64,000 nucleotides of DNA from a virus: positions 32,001 to 96,000 of IMG/VR virus record IMGVR_UViG_3300027763_000034. One strand, 5' to 3'. Within the stretch, counting starts at the first letter, position 1; each line of letters begins with the position of its first letter. Of this stretch, positions 40,083 to 49,557 are shown one piece after another. The notes under the pieces are model-generated. The model had not been told where the DNA came from. It saw nothing but the letters and a program-made list of their open reading frames with translations, and did not search any database. Made by a program: the position numbers and the translations under genes.

Positions 40083-41598
40083 TGGCAAGTTTCTTAGAAG
40101 ATGTAAATCAAATGGTAATTGACGCTGTATATCAAGAGATAGCAGAACAATTACTAGATGACTGGATTAATAATAATCTAAATGAAGGACAGTATTATGC
40201 AGATAAACAATTTGCACAAATGTCAGGAGATAAATTTATCTTTGAGCAATTTAATAAGTTCTATGAACTTAAAGAAGGAGACGATGATTATATGGAGTAT
40301 GACTTATGCTAGGTTATACTGAATCTGATCTAAATGAAATGATTAATGCTGTACATGACGCAAAGCTTTTCTATCTTAGGACCCCGTCCGATTTAATGGA
40401 TAAGTCTTTGCTAACTAATAGTTTGCTAAAGACAAATGATTTCTTGCAAGGACTATGGGCGGAGGGTTACTTTGACCACACTAACTAAATCTTCTAAGTT
40501 CCTAGAATATATGAAGATACATCTAATTAGTCTTAACCAGGACTTAGAAATGAATCCTGAATCTATCAATGTAATTGATATTCCAGGACAAATATATGCA
40601 ACCGAACATTTGTTGTCAGTGGCTACTGATATAATGAATGAAAACGAGAGGATATAAAATGAATTCAGAAGACATTGGGCTCCCGCCCCACTTGCAACGT
40701 TTAGTTAATGCAGGTGTTAATGGATTAGATATAATGCATGGCGAACTAAAGAATCTAATGTTGATTGCCGAAGAGCAATTGGCTTGGGCTCAGGCAATTG
40801 AAGATGAAACCGAAGAGGCAATGGATTCAATGGCACGTACAGAGGCGGAGGGACGACTAGATACTCTAGTTGAACTATATAAACTAACATATGATTTATC
40901 ATTTGCTATAGGAGAAAAGGAAGGGCAAAAAGTATGACATACGAGCCAAGTCTAGAAATCCTGGAAATGGAATACTCTTGCTCACCTGGAGGAGTAGATA
41001 CATTTGAGGTGTATGATAAAACAGATATACCTTTATCTGTACCAATATATGAGACTGAATCTTTGACGGATGCCGTGCTCTACTGTTATAATTTAGGGAA
41101 AGACTTTACTGTCAAGACATTAGCGGAATGGAATGAAAGGGAGTTAGCATATGAAGCCAGCCGATAAAGATAAACTAAACGAATGTTTAAAGATTCTAGA
41201 CACCACCGACCTTGGCTTGTCATTAGTATGGCTGTGGACATGGTCCACAATTAACAACATTTTTGAGGATGAGACCTACAAGCAGAACTGCACCATAGAT
41301 GACATGTGGGACCACCTCTGCGAGGCCGTGGAGGCTGGTATGGGCTTCTCCCTAGAGTACGGGGCGGAACAACATCAGGAAGACGTCCTTGAATGGATGA
41401 TGAATCGTGAGTACATTGTCGACACAATGTTTGAAGAAGAGGAAGAAGACGAAGATGAGGATGAGTGATCAATACATCGATGAGATCCTTAACAGGGCCC
41501 AACAGCTTTTGTGGGGCGGATCAGAAACAGAGAACATCGAAGCACACAACCTTATATCTAATCTAATTAAAGAAAGAGTAGAACAAGTTTCTAACTGA
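40082..41598 (+). CDS. Run of small acidic hypothetical ORFs (40082, 40306, 40436, 40638, 40934, 41151, 41461)
   Basis: Overlapping co-directional ORFs. Confidence 0.55.
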
Positions 41599-41687
41599 GG
41601 GCAAGATTTTTAGTTTACGGTGACTATTTACAAACCCGTGAAAAGTTGCTATAATTAAAGCAAACCGATCTAGAAAGGATCAAACAC

Positions 41688-41837
41688 ATGACAACAAAGC
41701 GTGAATATCTAAAGCAGCAAGGCATCACAGTAGGTGTACGTGGCCGCTTCTCAGGAGCAGCTAAGGTAGCTCTACAAGAAGCTGCAGCAAAGGGAATTAC
41801 ATTTACATCAGAGGCGCCTGCTAACAAGGCCAAGTAA
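41688..41837 (+). CDS. Stand-alone Lsr2-like DNA-binding domain (49 aa; below the ORF-track cutoff)
   Basis: MTTKREYLKQQGITVGVRGRFSGAAKVALQEA; TTTACA-N17-TATAAT promoter, GAAAGGA SD, downstream terminator. Confidence 0.6.
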   Translation: MTTKREYLKQQGITVGVRGRFSGAAKVALQEAAAKGITFTSEAPANKAK

Positions 41838-41843
41838 GCCAGG

Positions 41844-41883
41844 GACGGGGTTAGGGCTTCGTTGGTCCTTGACCCCGTTTCTT
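41844..41883 (+). terminator. Intrinsic terminator
   Basis: ACGGGGTTAGGG...CCTTGACCCCGT followed by a T-rich tract. Confidence 0.6.
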
Positions 41884-41919
41884 ATTTTTGATACAATAGA
41901 CAGTTAGGCGGAGGCGGAT

Positions 41920-42288
41920 ATGAAAACACCAGAAAGCAAAGTAGCAGAATCATTAGTTAATTTAATGGATGACCATTGGTTTAATCCAACAATGTTTGGT
42001 CGATATTTGGCAGAACAGCCAATGTATACACTTGACCGCATTATGGAAATGGTTGTATCGATTATATCAGAACAAGCAAAGATATATGATGTATATCTAA
42101 ATAGGGGTACATCGTCTGAAGGTCTATTACTAGCCAATGAACTGAATGAATGTATCAAAGCATATCAAGAAGATAATAGTTTAATTAATCTTAAGTTACC
42201 TTCTCGTTCCTACAAAGTAGGGACGGTTCCAAAGGAACCTAAAGTTAATATATTTGGATGGAAAGAAGAAACAGATCCATTCAGTTAG
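41920..42288 (+). CDS. Hypothetical protein
   Basis: ORF with GGAGG SD. Confidence 0.65.
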   Translation: MKTPESKVAESLVNLMDDHWFNPTMFGRYLAEQPMYTLDRIMEMVVSIISEQAKIYDVYLNRGTSSEGLLLANELNECIKAYQEDNSLINLKLPSRSYKVGTVPKEPKVNIFGWKEETDPFS

Positions 42289-42289
42289 T

Positions 42290-42840
42290 ATTAGGCATAT
42301 GACAATGAATAGATGAATGCCTGGTTAGATAGATAAACATATCTAGCCCAAATTATCCACAGGGTTATCCACATCCTGTGGATTTTTTGTATGCTGTGGG
42401 CATGTGGGCAACATTTTGCTTTTACGACACATGATCCAAATCCCTGAAATTTCTAGCTCATGGGCCAAATTTTTCATTTACGAAGCCTTGACAAAAATCC
42501 CTGAAAATGCTACACAATATGTCTAAATAGATAATTATACATATAGAATGTCGACAAATGTGTAGAGAATATGGCAAAATAAGCAAAAATCGCTCCATAA
42601 ATCTATTGACAAATATGGATCAATATGCTGCTATATATGGCTATTGACATTACGTTTAAGATGGGGTATGCTCAATTACATATGTATGTTTAACTATATA
42701 TAACTATAGTATATGATATGCTATCTATAGTATAAATTCTCCACTATGCTCCACTTTACTCCACTATATAAGCCTTCTAAGGGCTATATGAGGCTGGATA
42801 AATGGGAGGGGGATATAGGAGTTAGGAGCTAATTTATTGC
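42290..42840. other. Candidate replication origin / control region
   Basis: ORF-free convergent strand switch; DnaA boxes at 42353 and 42365; AT-rich tract; CTCCACT x3 at 10-bp period. Confidence 0.4.
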
Positions 42841-42997
42841 AATTTGCTCTTATTCTTAGATGGTCTTCTAGACCAATCTGGAGCTTTATGTGCAGTAGTT
42901 CCTCTAGATGTAGAATCTATTAGGGCTTTATTCTTATCTAATGCTTCTTGGGCATATTGAAGCTGTTGATCCCAATTGAACTTCCGTTTTTTTGCCA

Positions 42998-43228
42998 TTA
43001 TAAGTGAATCTCATTTACAGGCTCTTTAGACCAATGTACGTAAGATCTAATATAAACTGCGCCATAGGCTATTGCTGCAAGGATAAATCCGTACTGCTTA
43101 GTAGTAATAGCATAAATCATCCATAGACACTCATTTACCAGTAATACAAGCCATGCCCATATAACCTTGCGTCCTACAAAGAATGTCCCTGTGACTCCAA
43201 TGGCTGCTAAGATATACGACCAATACAT
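42998..43228 (-). CDS. Small PnuC-like membrane protein
   Basis: Three hydrophobic segments, AW.V.L.NE..W..YA...QYG. Confidence 0.5.
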   Translation of the reverse strand: MYWSYILAAIGVTGTFFVGRKVIWAWLVLLVNECLWMIYAITTKQYGFILAAIAYGAVYIRSYVHWSKEPVNEIHL

Positions 43229-44834
43229 TACTTACAACTCATGCAGTAGTATGGAACACGTAGGTTATCTCTATGAATATACTCTGTTCGAGCACAACCA
43301 GCACATATAGATCTAACTATCTCAGAATCATCTTCTGGCATATTAATCAAAGGATCTTTTGTATAGTATATCTTGGTTATATACCATGTAATGGCTATTA
43401 GTAGTATCTCTATCATTGTTTTCCCGCTCTTATCTATTCGGTCCAAATATTGGAGTTATTGTTGGATGAACATCGTCATCATCCGACCATTTGCCTGTGC
43501 TATACCCAGCTTGAGGATTGGGCATATCATCGCCCATTGCACCACAGTTGTCGCATGTGACTTGACCATCAAGGTCTAGTTGATAGTCACATCCATATTT
43601 GGTACATAGGGCATCGCTCATACATTTAGTGTATCATATCTGTCTGGATCTGACAAGATCTCTTCTTCCAGATCATCTGGTATATTATGTCCTAATTGTC
43701 TATGTTGTCTAATATGTTCGATTAGCTGATCATCATTAGTTATCTTCTCAGATAATCCAAATAATGAATATTCATCTAAGTTCTCATTTAGCCAACATGC
43801 ACAACACTCTATGTATCCTTCAACGTGGGCATATATGTATATGTCTGAGTCAAAGAATCTAGAGTATGCCATTACATTGTTTTCTTTATCTTATTTAATG
43901 CTCTATGAAACTTGATGTATCTAATTGGGTTCTTCCATATTTTAAGTGGAAGCTTTATCTTTTTCTTTGTCATCATTCCTCAATTATATCATTAAATGTG
44001 TCAACGTAGTTGACTGAATTGTCTCTACCGCCGCCGATTTCACTATTTGGGATCTGATTTTCATGGTATTGTAAATGAAAGTCTAATAGATTATGAGTAA
44101 CTGCACAAAAGCATGTAGGGCAATGTGTGATCCATTGAGACTTATCTTCCCATTGTTTACTCATAAGCTTCAGGTGAAGGAGTCGGACCTTCGTTATCAG
44201 GTTCGGAACCTGGAGTACTGCCGTTATACGAACCTGAAATATTCTTAGGAATAATTCTCTTAATCTCGTAGTAACAGACTGGGCACTCTCCGATGTGCAA
44301 CCAATTACCTGAATCTAAGATAACCATTTCGGTTAACCTTCCTTCTACATTCTTATTACAAGAAACGCAGAAAGCACTCAACATTACTGTCATAACTCAG
44401 TAAACTTTTTACCATTCCATTCATATTTCAATCCACATTTACATTCCCAGATTGAGCCTGAATGTCTTTTTTGAAGATGTATCCCAGAGGTTGTATGAGC
44501 ACCTAAAGCCCATGGTAAATCACATTTATGCTCTGGTTCACCGACTATTTTAATCCACTTCGACATACTCATCAGCCTCTCTAAGCCATTGATCTTCCCA
44601 TAATCCCATTAAAGACTCATTTCCAATATCATCAAAATAATATCTTTTCTTTATTGGGTTATATGTCCAACCATACCATGTATTTCCTTCTGACCATGTA
44701 AGATTGGTTGGTTCTTCATGTTCATGTTCTTTAAGAATGCGTAGCAGCTCATCATTATCCCTTACAACCGCCTGTATTGCCATTCTAAGGCGTCTCGGGC
44801 GCATAAGGTATCTTTCTACCAATTCATATAGCAT
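43228..44834 (-). CDS. Run of small hypothetical ORFs, several Zn-ribbon-like (43228, 43430, 43618, 43973, 44157, 44390, 44550)
   Basis: Coupled minus-strand ORFs with CxxC pairs. Confidence 0.55.
44168..44238 (-). tRNA. tRNA with CCG (Arg) anticodon; atypical, Gln-like body
   Basis: TTCAGGT/ACCTGAA acceptor; CAGG-TTCCGAA-CCTG; GAAGG-TCCGACT-CCTTC. Confidence 0.65.
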
Positions 44835-44932
44835 GTGTTTAGTATACTATATATGACGGGTGCCGTCAATAGTCTCTACCGCCGAATTTTCGCACTATTG
44901 TACACTATATTGCGTAATGGTATAATTATGAC

Positions 44933-45514
44933 ATGATTACATTAAATCAATTAATTAAAGAAGCAAAAGATGCTGGACTTAACTACGCTGTATTTAAAAA
45001 CTGGCATCAGCCAACGCCGACAAGAAGAGAGATAGAGCCTATGTACGGCCCAAATGACATCTGGCACAATAGGCTTCAGCTTCAAGATAGAGTTGTACCA
45101 GCGTCAGTTAAATATTTTATGGATGAGGCTAATCAGGCCTACCCAGATACAGAAAATGATTTTTATATTTTATCAAATATATACTATAGAAATTTTTATC
45201 ATAACAGACCAGGATCTAAATTGCATAGAGACACATTTGATGTAGTTCATTTACAATGTACTGGTGTTACAAAGTGGGATATCGGTATAAAGGCGGAAGC
45301 ATTAAACGACCCAGCTTACTTAAGGCCACCAGTTGGTACTGAATGGGACTGGAGAGCAGAATTTACTGGGGACTATGAAACATTTATTCTTGAGCCTGGA
45401 GATGTAATTTGGTTTAACAATAAATCTTGGCATAGAACAGAAAACATATGTGACAAGTATTCGGTAGTCATGCAAGCAGGCACAGTAGATATTTCAGGGA
45501 GAAAGAGAAGATGA
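44933..45514 (+). CDS. Cupin/JmjC-like oxygenase
   Basis: LHRD..DV.HLQC.G..KW...LEPGDV.WF....WH. Confidence 0.7.
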   Translation: MITLNQLIKEAKDAGLNYAVFKNWHQPTPTRREIEPMYGPNDIWHNRLQLQDRVVPASVKYFMDEANQAYPDTENDFYILSNIYYRNFYHNRPGSKLHRDTFDVVHLQCTGVTKWDIGIKAEALNDPAYLRPPVGTEWDWRAEFTGDYETFILEPGDVIWFNNKSWHRTENICDKYSVVMQAGTVDISGRKRR

Positions 45515-46071
45515 CAACGCTAGCAGAATTTATAGATCAAGCAAAGAAAGATAATTTGCCATACGCTGTATTTAAGAATTGGCACCATCCTGTCCCATCC
45601 TGGAAAGAATTTGAAGACATAATCGATCCGCAGTCTACTGGTGTTAGAAAGTTTATTCAGAATGTACCTCTTCCAGAACCAATGCAATACTTTCTTGATG
45701 AATCAAAGAAAGCTTACCCTGATATTGAATATCAGTACTATATATTTGAAGGCAAGAGATACAGAAACCTAGACTCTAATTGGCCAGGAGAGCCTTTGCA
45801 CAAAGACCCATATGATATCATTCATTGGCATTGTAGGGGCGCTACAGAGTGGCAGGTAGGCCTATATGGTGAGATGAGTGGTGTTCCAAAAGAGTTTAAG
45901 TATGAAGAGCGTCAGGGATGGGAATGGCAAACTGCTTGGACAAGAGAGCCAGAAACACTAATGCTTGAGCCAGGAGACATTTTGTGGCTTAGAAAAGGTA
46001 CTTGGCATAGAACACAAAACCTATCAGAAAAGTACTCTATAATTTTTGATGCTGGCCCACTCTGGGAATAA
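45511..46071 (+). CDS. Cupin/JmjC-like oxygenase (paralogue of the preceding gene)
   Basis: LHKD..D...W...LEPGDI.W...TWH; shared YAVFKNWH.P. Confidence 0.7.
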   Translation: MTTLAEFIDQAKKDNLPYAVFKNWHHPVPSWKEFEDIIDPQSTGVRKFIQNVPLPEPMQYFLDESKKAYPDIEYQYYIFEGKRYRNLDSNWPGEPLHKDPYDIIHWHCRGATEWQVGLYGEMSGVPKEFKYEERQGWEWQTAWTREPETLMLEPGDILWLRKGTWHRTQNLSEKYSIIFDAGPLWE

Positions 46072-46072
46072 A

Positions 46073-46648
46073 TTAAAAATCAATTAAAAATAAATCAACA
46101 ACAATTCTTGATCCGCTAATAAGTTTATTTACATAATGCATTTTTTCAGAATTAAATACAATTGCGTCACCAGCAGATGGCTTTATGACTATCTCTTTTT
46201 CAGATTGAAATACTATTTCTCCGCCTTCAAAATCACCAGATAGATATAGCAGTATGCTTATTTTTGGACTTCCAGCAAGACCCTTTAATTCACCACTTGG
46301 ATAATTTATGACATCGTTATGTATGCCCATTTGCGACCCTAAATCCCATGTTGTTATGTGATAAAGTTTTTTTGAATGCTTATATTTATTTTCATTTTTA
46401 CTAAATTGATTTATATATAAATCTGCTGCTTGTAGCATTATATTATCTATATACTGATAGAGATCCTGTTGCTCTTTAATAGAGGGGTCGACAGGCTGAC
46501 GAATCCCAATTCTTGCCTGCTGACCTTTAATATTTTTTTTTGAATTTAATATATAAGATATTTCTTCTTTTGAAATTAAATTTTGTATATGGATTCCAAA
46601 ATCACTTAAAATTTTAATTTCTGCGGATTCATTCAACTTTAACTCCAT
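46073..46648 (-). CDS. 2OG-Fe(II) oxygenase
   Basis: HND...YLSGDFEGGE...HYV...R. Confidence 0.8.
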   Translation of the reverse strand: MELKLNESAEIKILSDFGIHIQNLISKEEISYILNSKKNIKGQQARIGIRQPVDPSIKEQQDLYQYIDNIMLQAADLYINQFSKNENKYKHSKKLYHITTWDLGSQMGIHNDVINYPSGELKGLAGSPKISILLYLSGDFEGGEIVFQSEKEIVIKPSAGDAIVFNSEKMHYVNKLISGSRIVVDLFLIDF

Positions 46649-47177
46649 AAAATAAAATTATATTTGCTCTTTCTCCATCAATGACTTCATTAACTGAGTG
46701 AGGGTAATCCCTATCACCTTTAAAGAATATCAATGTGCCAGCCTGTGGCTTGTATGCAGTGCTGTCTGCCTTATCCCCAGAGTTGTTTTCATAAAAATGA
46801 ATCTCTCCGCCTTCATAATTATCAGTTAAATATAGTAGGGCAGAGTAATAGTTATCTTCGTATCCATCAACACCGCCGTATCCATCTGCATGCCAACCAA
46901 GACCTTCACCTTTTTGTAAAACTTGATAGTTCATTCTATCTAAAAAGATCTCTGATTTTTTAAAACCAAACTGAGCAGATGTGGAGCTTTCTATCATATT
47001 AATTAAATCGTGTACAACATGGTCTTCGATGTTACCATCTTTTGATATGTCTAATGGCTTAAGGTAAACATTCAAAAGGCCTCTTGGATTTAAATATGAC
47101 CTAGGCCTTAAGTAATCATTTAAGTATTTAGCTGTCTTGGGTGATATGAAACCTTTAACTACGTTTGGCTGTGCCAT
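46629..47177 (-). CDS. 2OG-Fe(II) oxygenase
   Basis: WHAD...YLTDNYEGGE...HSV...GER. Confidence 0.85.
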   Translation of the reverse strand: MAQPNVVKGFISPKTAKYLNDYLRPRSYLNPRGLLNVYLKPLDISKDGNIEDHVVHDLINMIESSTSAQFGFKKSEIFLDRMNYQVLQKGEGLGWHADGYGGVDGYEDNYYSALLYLTDNYEGGEIHFYENNSGDKADSTAYKPQAGTLIFFKGDRDYPHSVNEVIDGERANIILFYGVKVE

Positions 47178-47179
47178 GT

Positions 47180-47779
47180 CTATACCAACTCTATGTCTTT
47201 GTCTGCTCTATACATTGGCATACTTACCTCTATCTTGCGTCCGCCTCTTTTTATTCCATTGACGCTAGTAAATGTATCTGATTCAAATATTATCATGCTG
47301 CCAGCTTTTGGCTTTATGCTTACACCAAGATCAGTAAAATTAAATGCTCCGCCCTCAAAGTCATCGCTCATAAACAAATAGGCGCTTATGTCTGGGACAA
47401 TTAGAAGACTACCCTCATTGTTTATGCTTTGCTGATGTATTCCAATTCTTTCTTCGTTCCATTCAATAACTGCATAGTAATCATTTGCTGGCTTATAGTC
47501 TGCAATAGATCTACCAGTCATATCTAGATATCTTGATATACCTTCTGTCATTATTTCACGAATTGATTTGAAATGTGCTGCATGTGATGATCTAAAGCTG
47601 TGGACGGTGTACCTTGTTCCAAATCTAATCTGGCTAGATTCAAATTTAGTTATCTTATCAAGCATTTCATCAAGGATTTCTTTAGATGAGCAGTTCTCGA
47701 TGTATACTCCAACATCACCAATCTTTTCTATTGGATCAAATGTTTTCAACTGGGGTTGGTTCTTTTGGTGTGTCTGCAA
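47180..47779 (-). CDS. 2OG-Fe(II) oxygenase-like protein, metal ligands degenerate
   Basis: DDFEGG...KPKAGS fold but HQQ instead of HxD and no distal His; start uncertain. Confidence 0.6.
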   Translation of the reverse strand: MQTHQKNQPQLKTFDPIEKIGDVGVYIENCSSKEILDEMLDKITKFESSQIRFGTRYTVHSFRSSHAAHFKSIREIMTEGISRYLDMTGRSIADYKPANDYYAVIEWNEERIGIHQQSINNEGSLLIVPDISAYLFMSDDFEGGAFNFTDLGVSIKPKAGSMIIFESDTFTSVNGIKRGGRKIEVSMPMYRADKDIELV

Positions 47780-48245
47780 TATTATTTAATAGCGCATGCT
47801 TAATTAAAGCTTCCATCTCCATGGGATCGGTGTCTGGCGATGTCTCGTGTATCTTTCCGTCAAGATCAATTATATACTTTGTAAAGTTCCAAGGTGCTTC
47901 ATGACCAACTGCATTTGCAATATACTTATGAATTGGATTAGCTTCCTCACCCAGCACAGCTGATTTTGAAGCAAATTCAAATGTAACACCGTAATTTGTT
48001 GAACAGAACTCTGCTATCTCTGTGTCTGTTCCTGGCTCTTGGCCTCCAAATTGATTACAAGGGAATGCAATTACTTTAAGCCCCGCTTCTGAATACCTAT
48101 CGTGAAGAGTTTGAAGTGCTTTGTATTGCGGCGTGAAACCACAGTTTGTTGCAACGTTTACAATTAAAAAAACTTTATCTTTAAAGTGTGATAAAGGAAT
48201 ATCTTCTCCTGTTGAAATTTTAAATGTTTGGTCATATATTGACAT
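47736..48245 (-). CDS. btuE: Glutathione peroxidase family (Cys-type)
   Basis: NVATNCGFTPQY, FPCNQFGGQEPG, WNFTKY. Confidence 0.9.
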   Translation of the reverse strand: MSIYDQTFKISTGEDIPLSHFKDKVFLIVNVATNCGFTPQYKALQTLHDRYSEAGLKVIAFPCNQFGGQEPGTDTEIAEFCSTNYGVTFEFASKSAVLGEEANPIHKYIANAVGHEAPWNFTKYIIDLDGKIHETSPDTDPMEMEALIKHALLNNIADTPKEPTPVENI

Positions 48246-48246
48246 A

Positions 48247-48909
48247 TTATTGTTCTCCTTTTTGTAGAGATAAATCTACGTTATGATTCTTGCCTTCATA
48301 CTGAGGTACTTCCTCACGTGTGAAAAACTCTTGTTCTTTTGTAATGTTCTTGTAATCTATTGAGAATGTTTTGTAAAAAACACTATTTTTAACTAAGAAT
48401 ACACTTCCCAGCCCTCTTTCGCCACTAGTAACATCGTTTACTGCATGTCTTACTTTATTTCCAAATATAACAATACTACCAGCCTCTGGCTTTAAAGATA
48501 TGTCATAGTCTGGGAATACTATCTCTCCGCCACCAAAGTCTTCTGGGTCTGAGAAGTAGGTTAGTATGGTTGCAAATACCTCTTCGTATGTTCCATCTCC
48601 AATTGCAGCAAAATCTGTATGTGCTGTGTATCCACCGCCTGGACCTCTTTTATAAAAATGGGTGTTTCTCAAAAGTTTATAATTTTCAGAATTAAAGTCT
48701 TGATTGTTGTGATACCATATGTCTAAACATTTAAAGATAGCGTTATCAGAATCTTCAAGGTATTTTTTAGTACTGATGATTGAAGTTTCCATAAAGTCTT
48801 GATTTAAGACTGGTTCCCAGTCTGTTAGCGAGCTAAATATAGCCTTGTGATCCTCTACGGCATTTTTAAAATACCACACTTTATCTGCAAGCTTTATTGC
48901 TTCTATCAT
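48247..48909 (-). CDS. 2OG-Fe(II) oxygenase
   Basis: HTD...FGGGEIVFP...HAV...GER. Confidence 0.8.
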   Translation of the reverse strand: MIEAIKLADKVWYFKNAVEDHKAIFSSLTDWEPVLNQDFMETSIISTKKYLEDSDNAIFKCLDIWYHNNQDFNSENYKLLRNTHFYKRGPGGGYTAHTDFAAIGDGTYEEVFATILTYFSDPEDFGGGEIVFPDYDISLKPEAGSIVIFGNKVRHAVNDVTSGERGLGSVFLVKNSVFYKTFSIDYKNITKEQEFFTREEVPQYEGKNHNVDLSLQKGEQ

Positions 48910-48975
48910 TAATTTATCTCCAATATCTATTGTTGGGTGGATTATTGTCCTATAGGTATATTATACTATATTGGC

Positions 48976-49557
48976 TTACTGTGGGTCGTAATGAGAAAGT
49001 GGGTGCCTGTAAGCATATGTTTGGGTCATATATCTATTCCCGCTGACTACTGGAAGAACGCCGTGTACAAATGAACTTGGAAATATTAAAACTGAGTTGG
49101 CTTTAGGCTTAATGATTAGCCCTGAATCTTCATATGGAAACTCAATATGACCGCCTTCAAAATCATCATTTATGTAATAAATTATTGTAATTTTTGGACG
49201 AACCTCTTCACCATTTTCCTTCACATAGCTATAAGCATCTTCATGTGCAGTCATAAAGGAGCCAGGCTGATATTCTCTAACTAGCCATCGGCCAGAGCCA
49301 AGCCTATCTGGTGTCATCCACGTAAACATTTCTTCAGAATATTTTGCCAAGCACTCAGCAAATATATTTAATATATCTTCATAATGGTCTTCTGTTTTGT
49401 TGATCCAAGTAGATCTTCCAATTAATGTGCTTCCGCCACCATCATTGTTATAGGTTTTCCAGTCTTTAAGCAGTATGTTATCAAGCAACTCTTGGTTTTT
49501 ATCAAAAACGTTTTCAAATACCCAAACGGCATCAGACTTTTTTACTAAATCAAACAT
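48976..49557 (-). CDS. 2OG-Fe(II) oxygenase
   Basis: HED...YINDDFEGG...HGV...GNRY. Confidence 0.85.
   Translation of the reverse strand: MFDLVKKSDAVWVFENVFDKNQELLDNILLKDWKTYNNDGGGSTLIGRSTWINKTEDHYEDILNIFAECLAKYSEEMFTWMTPDRLGSGRWLVREYQPGSFMTAHEDAYSYVKENGEEVRPKITIIYYINDDFEGGHIEFPYEDSGLIIKPKANSVLIFPSSFVHGVLPVVSGNRYMTQTYAYRHPLSHYDPQ

Larger units (their letters stand above)
30428..40635 (+). promoter_or_regulatory. 15 promoters TGTCRG-N10-TAnnnT (PafBC/RecA-NDp type)
   Basis: Starts at 30428, 30690, 31680, 31800, 32417, 33207, 34258, 34823, 35162, 36129, 37387, 37567, 39260, 40032, 40614; all plus strand with invariant spacing. Confidence 0.85.

Noticed and set aside
30230-42840. LexA SOS boxes controlling the early region
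   Set aside because: No CGAAC-N4-GTTCG noticed; consistent with a LexA-independent promoter type.
47736-48245. Selenocysteine GPx or stop-codon recoding
   Set aside because: Active site is a normal Cys codon; genes read intact in code 11.
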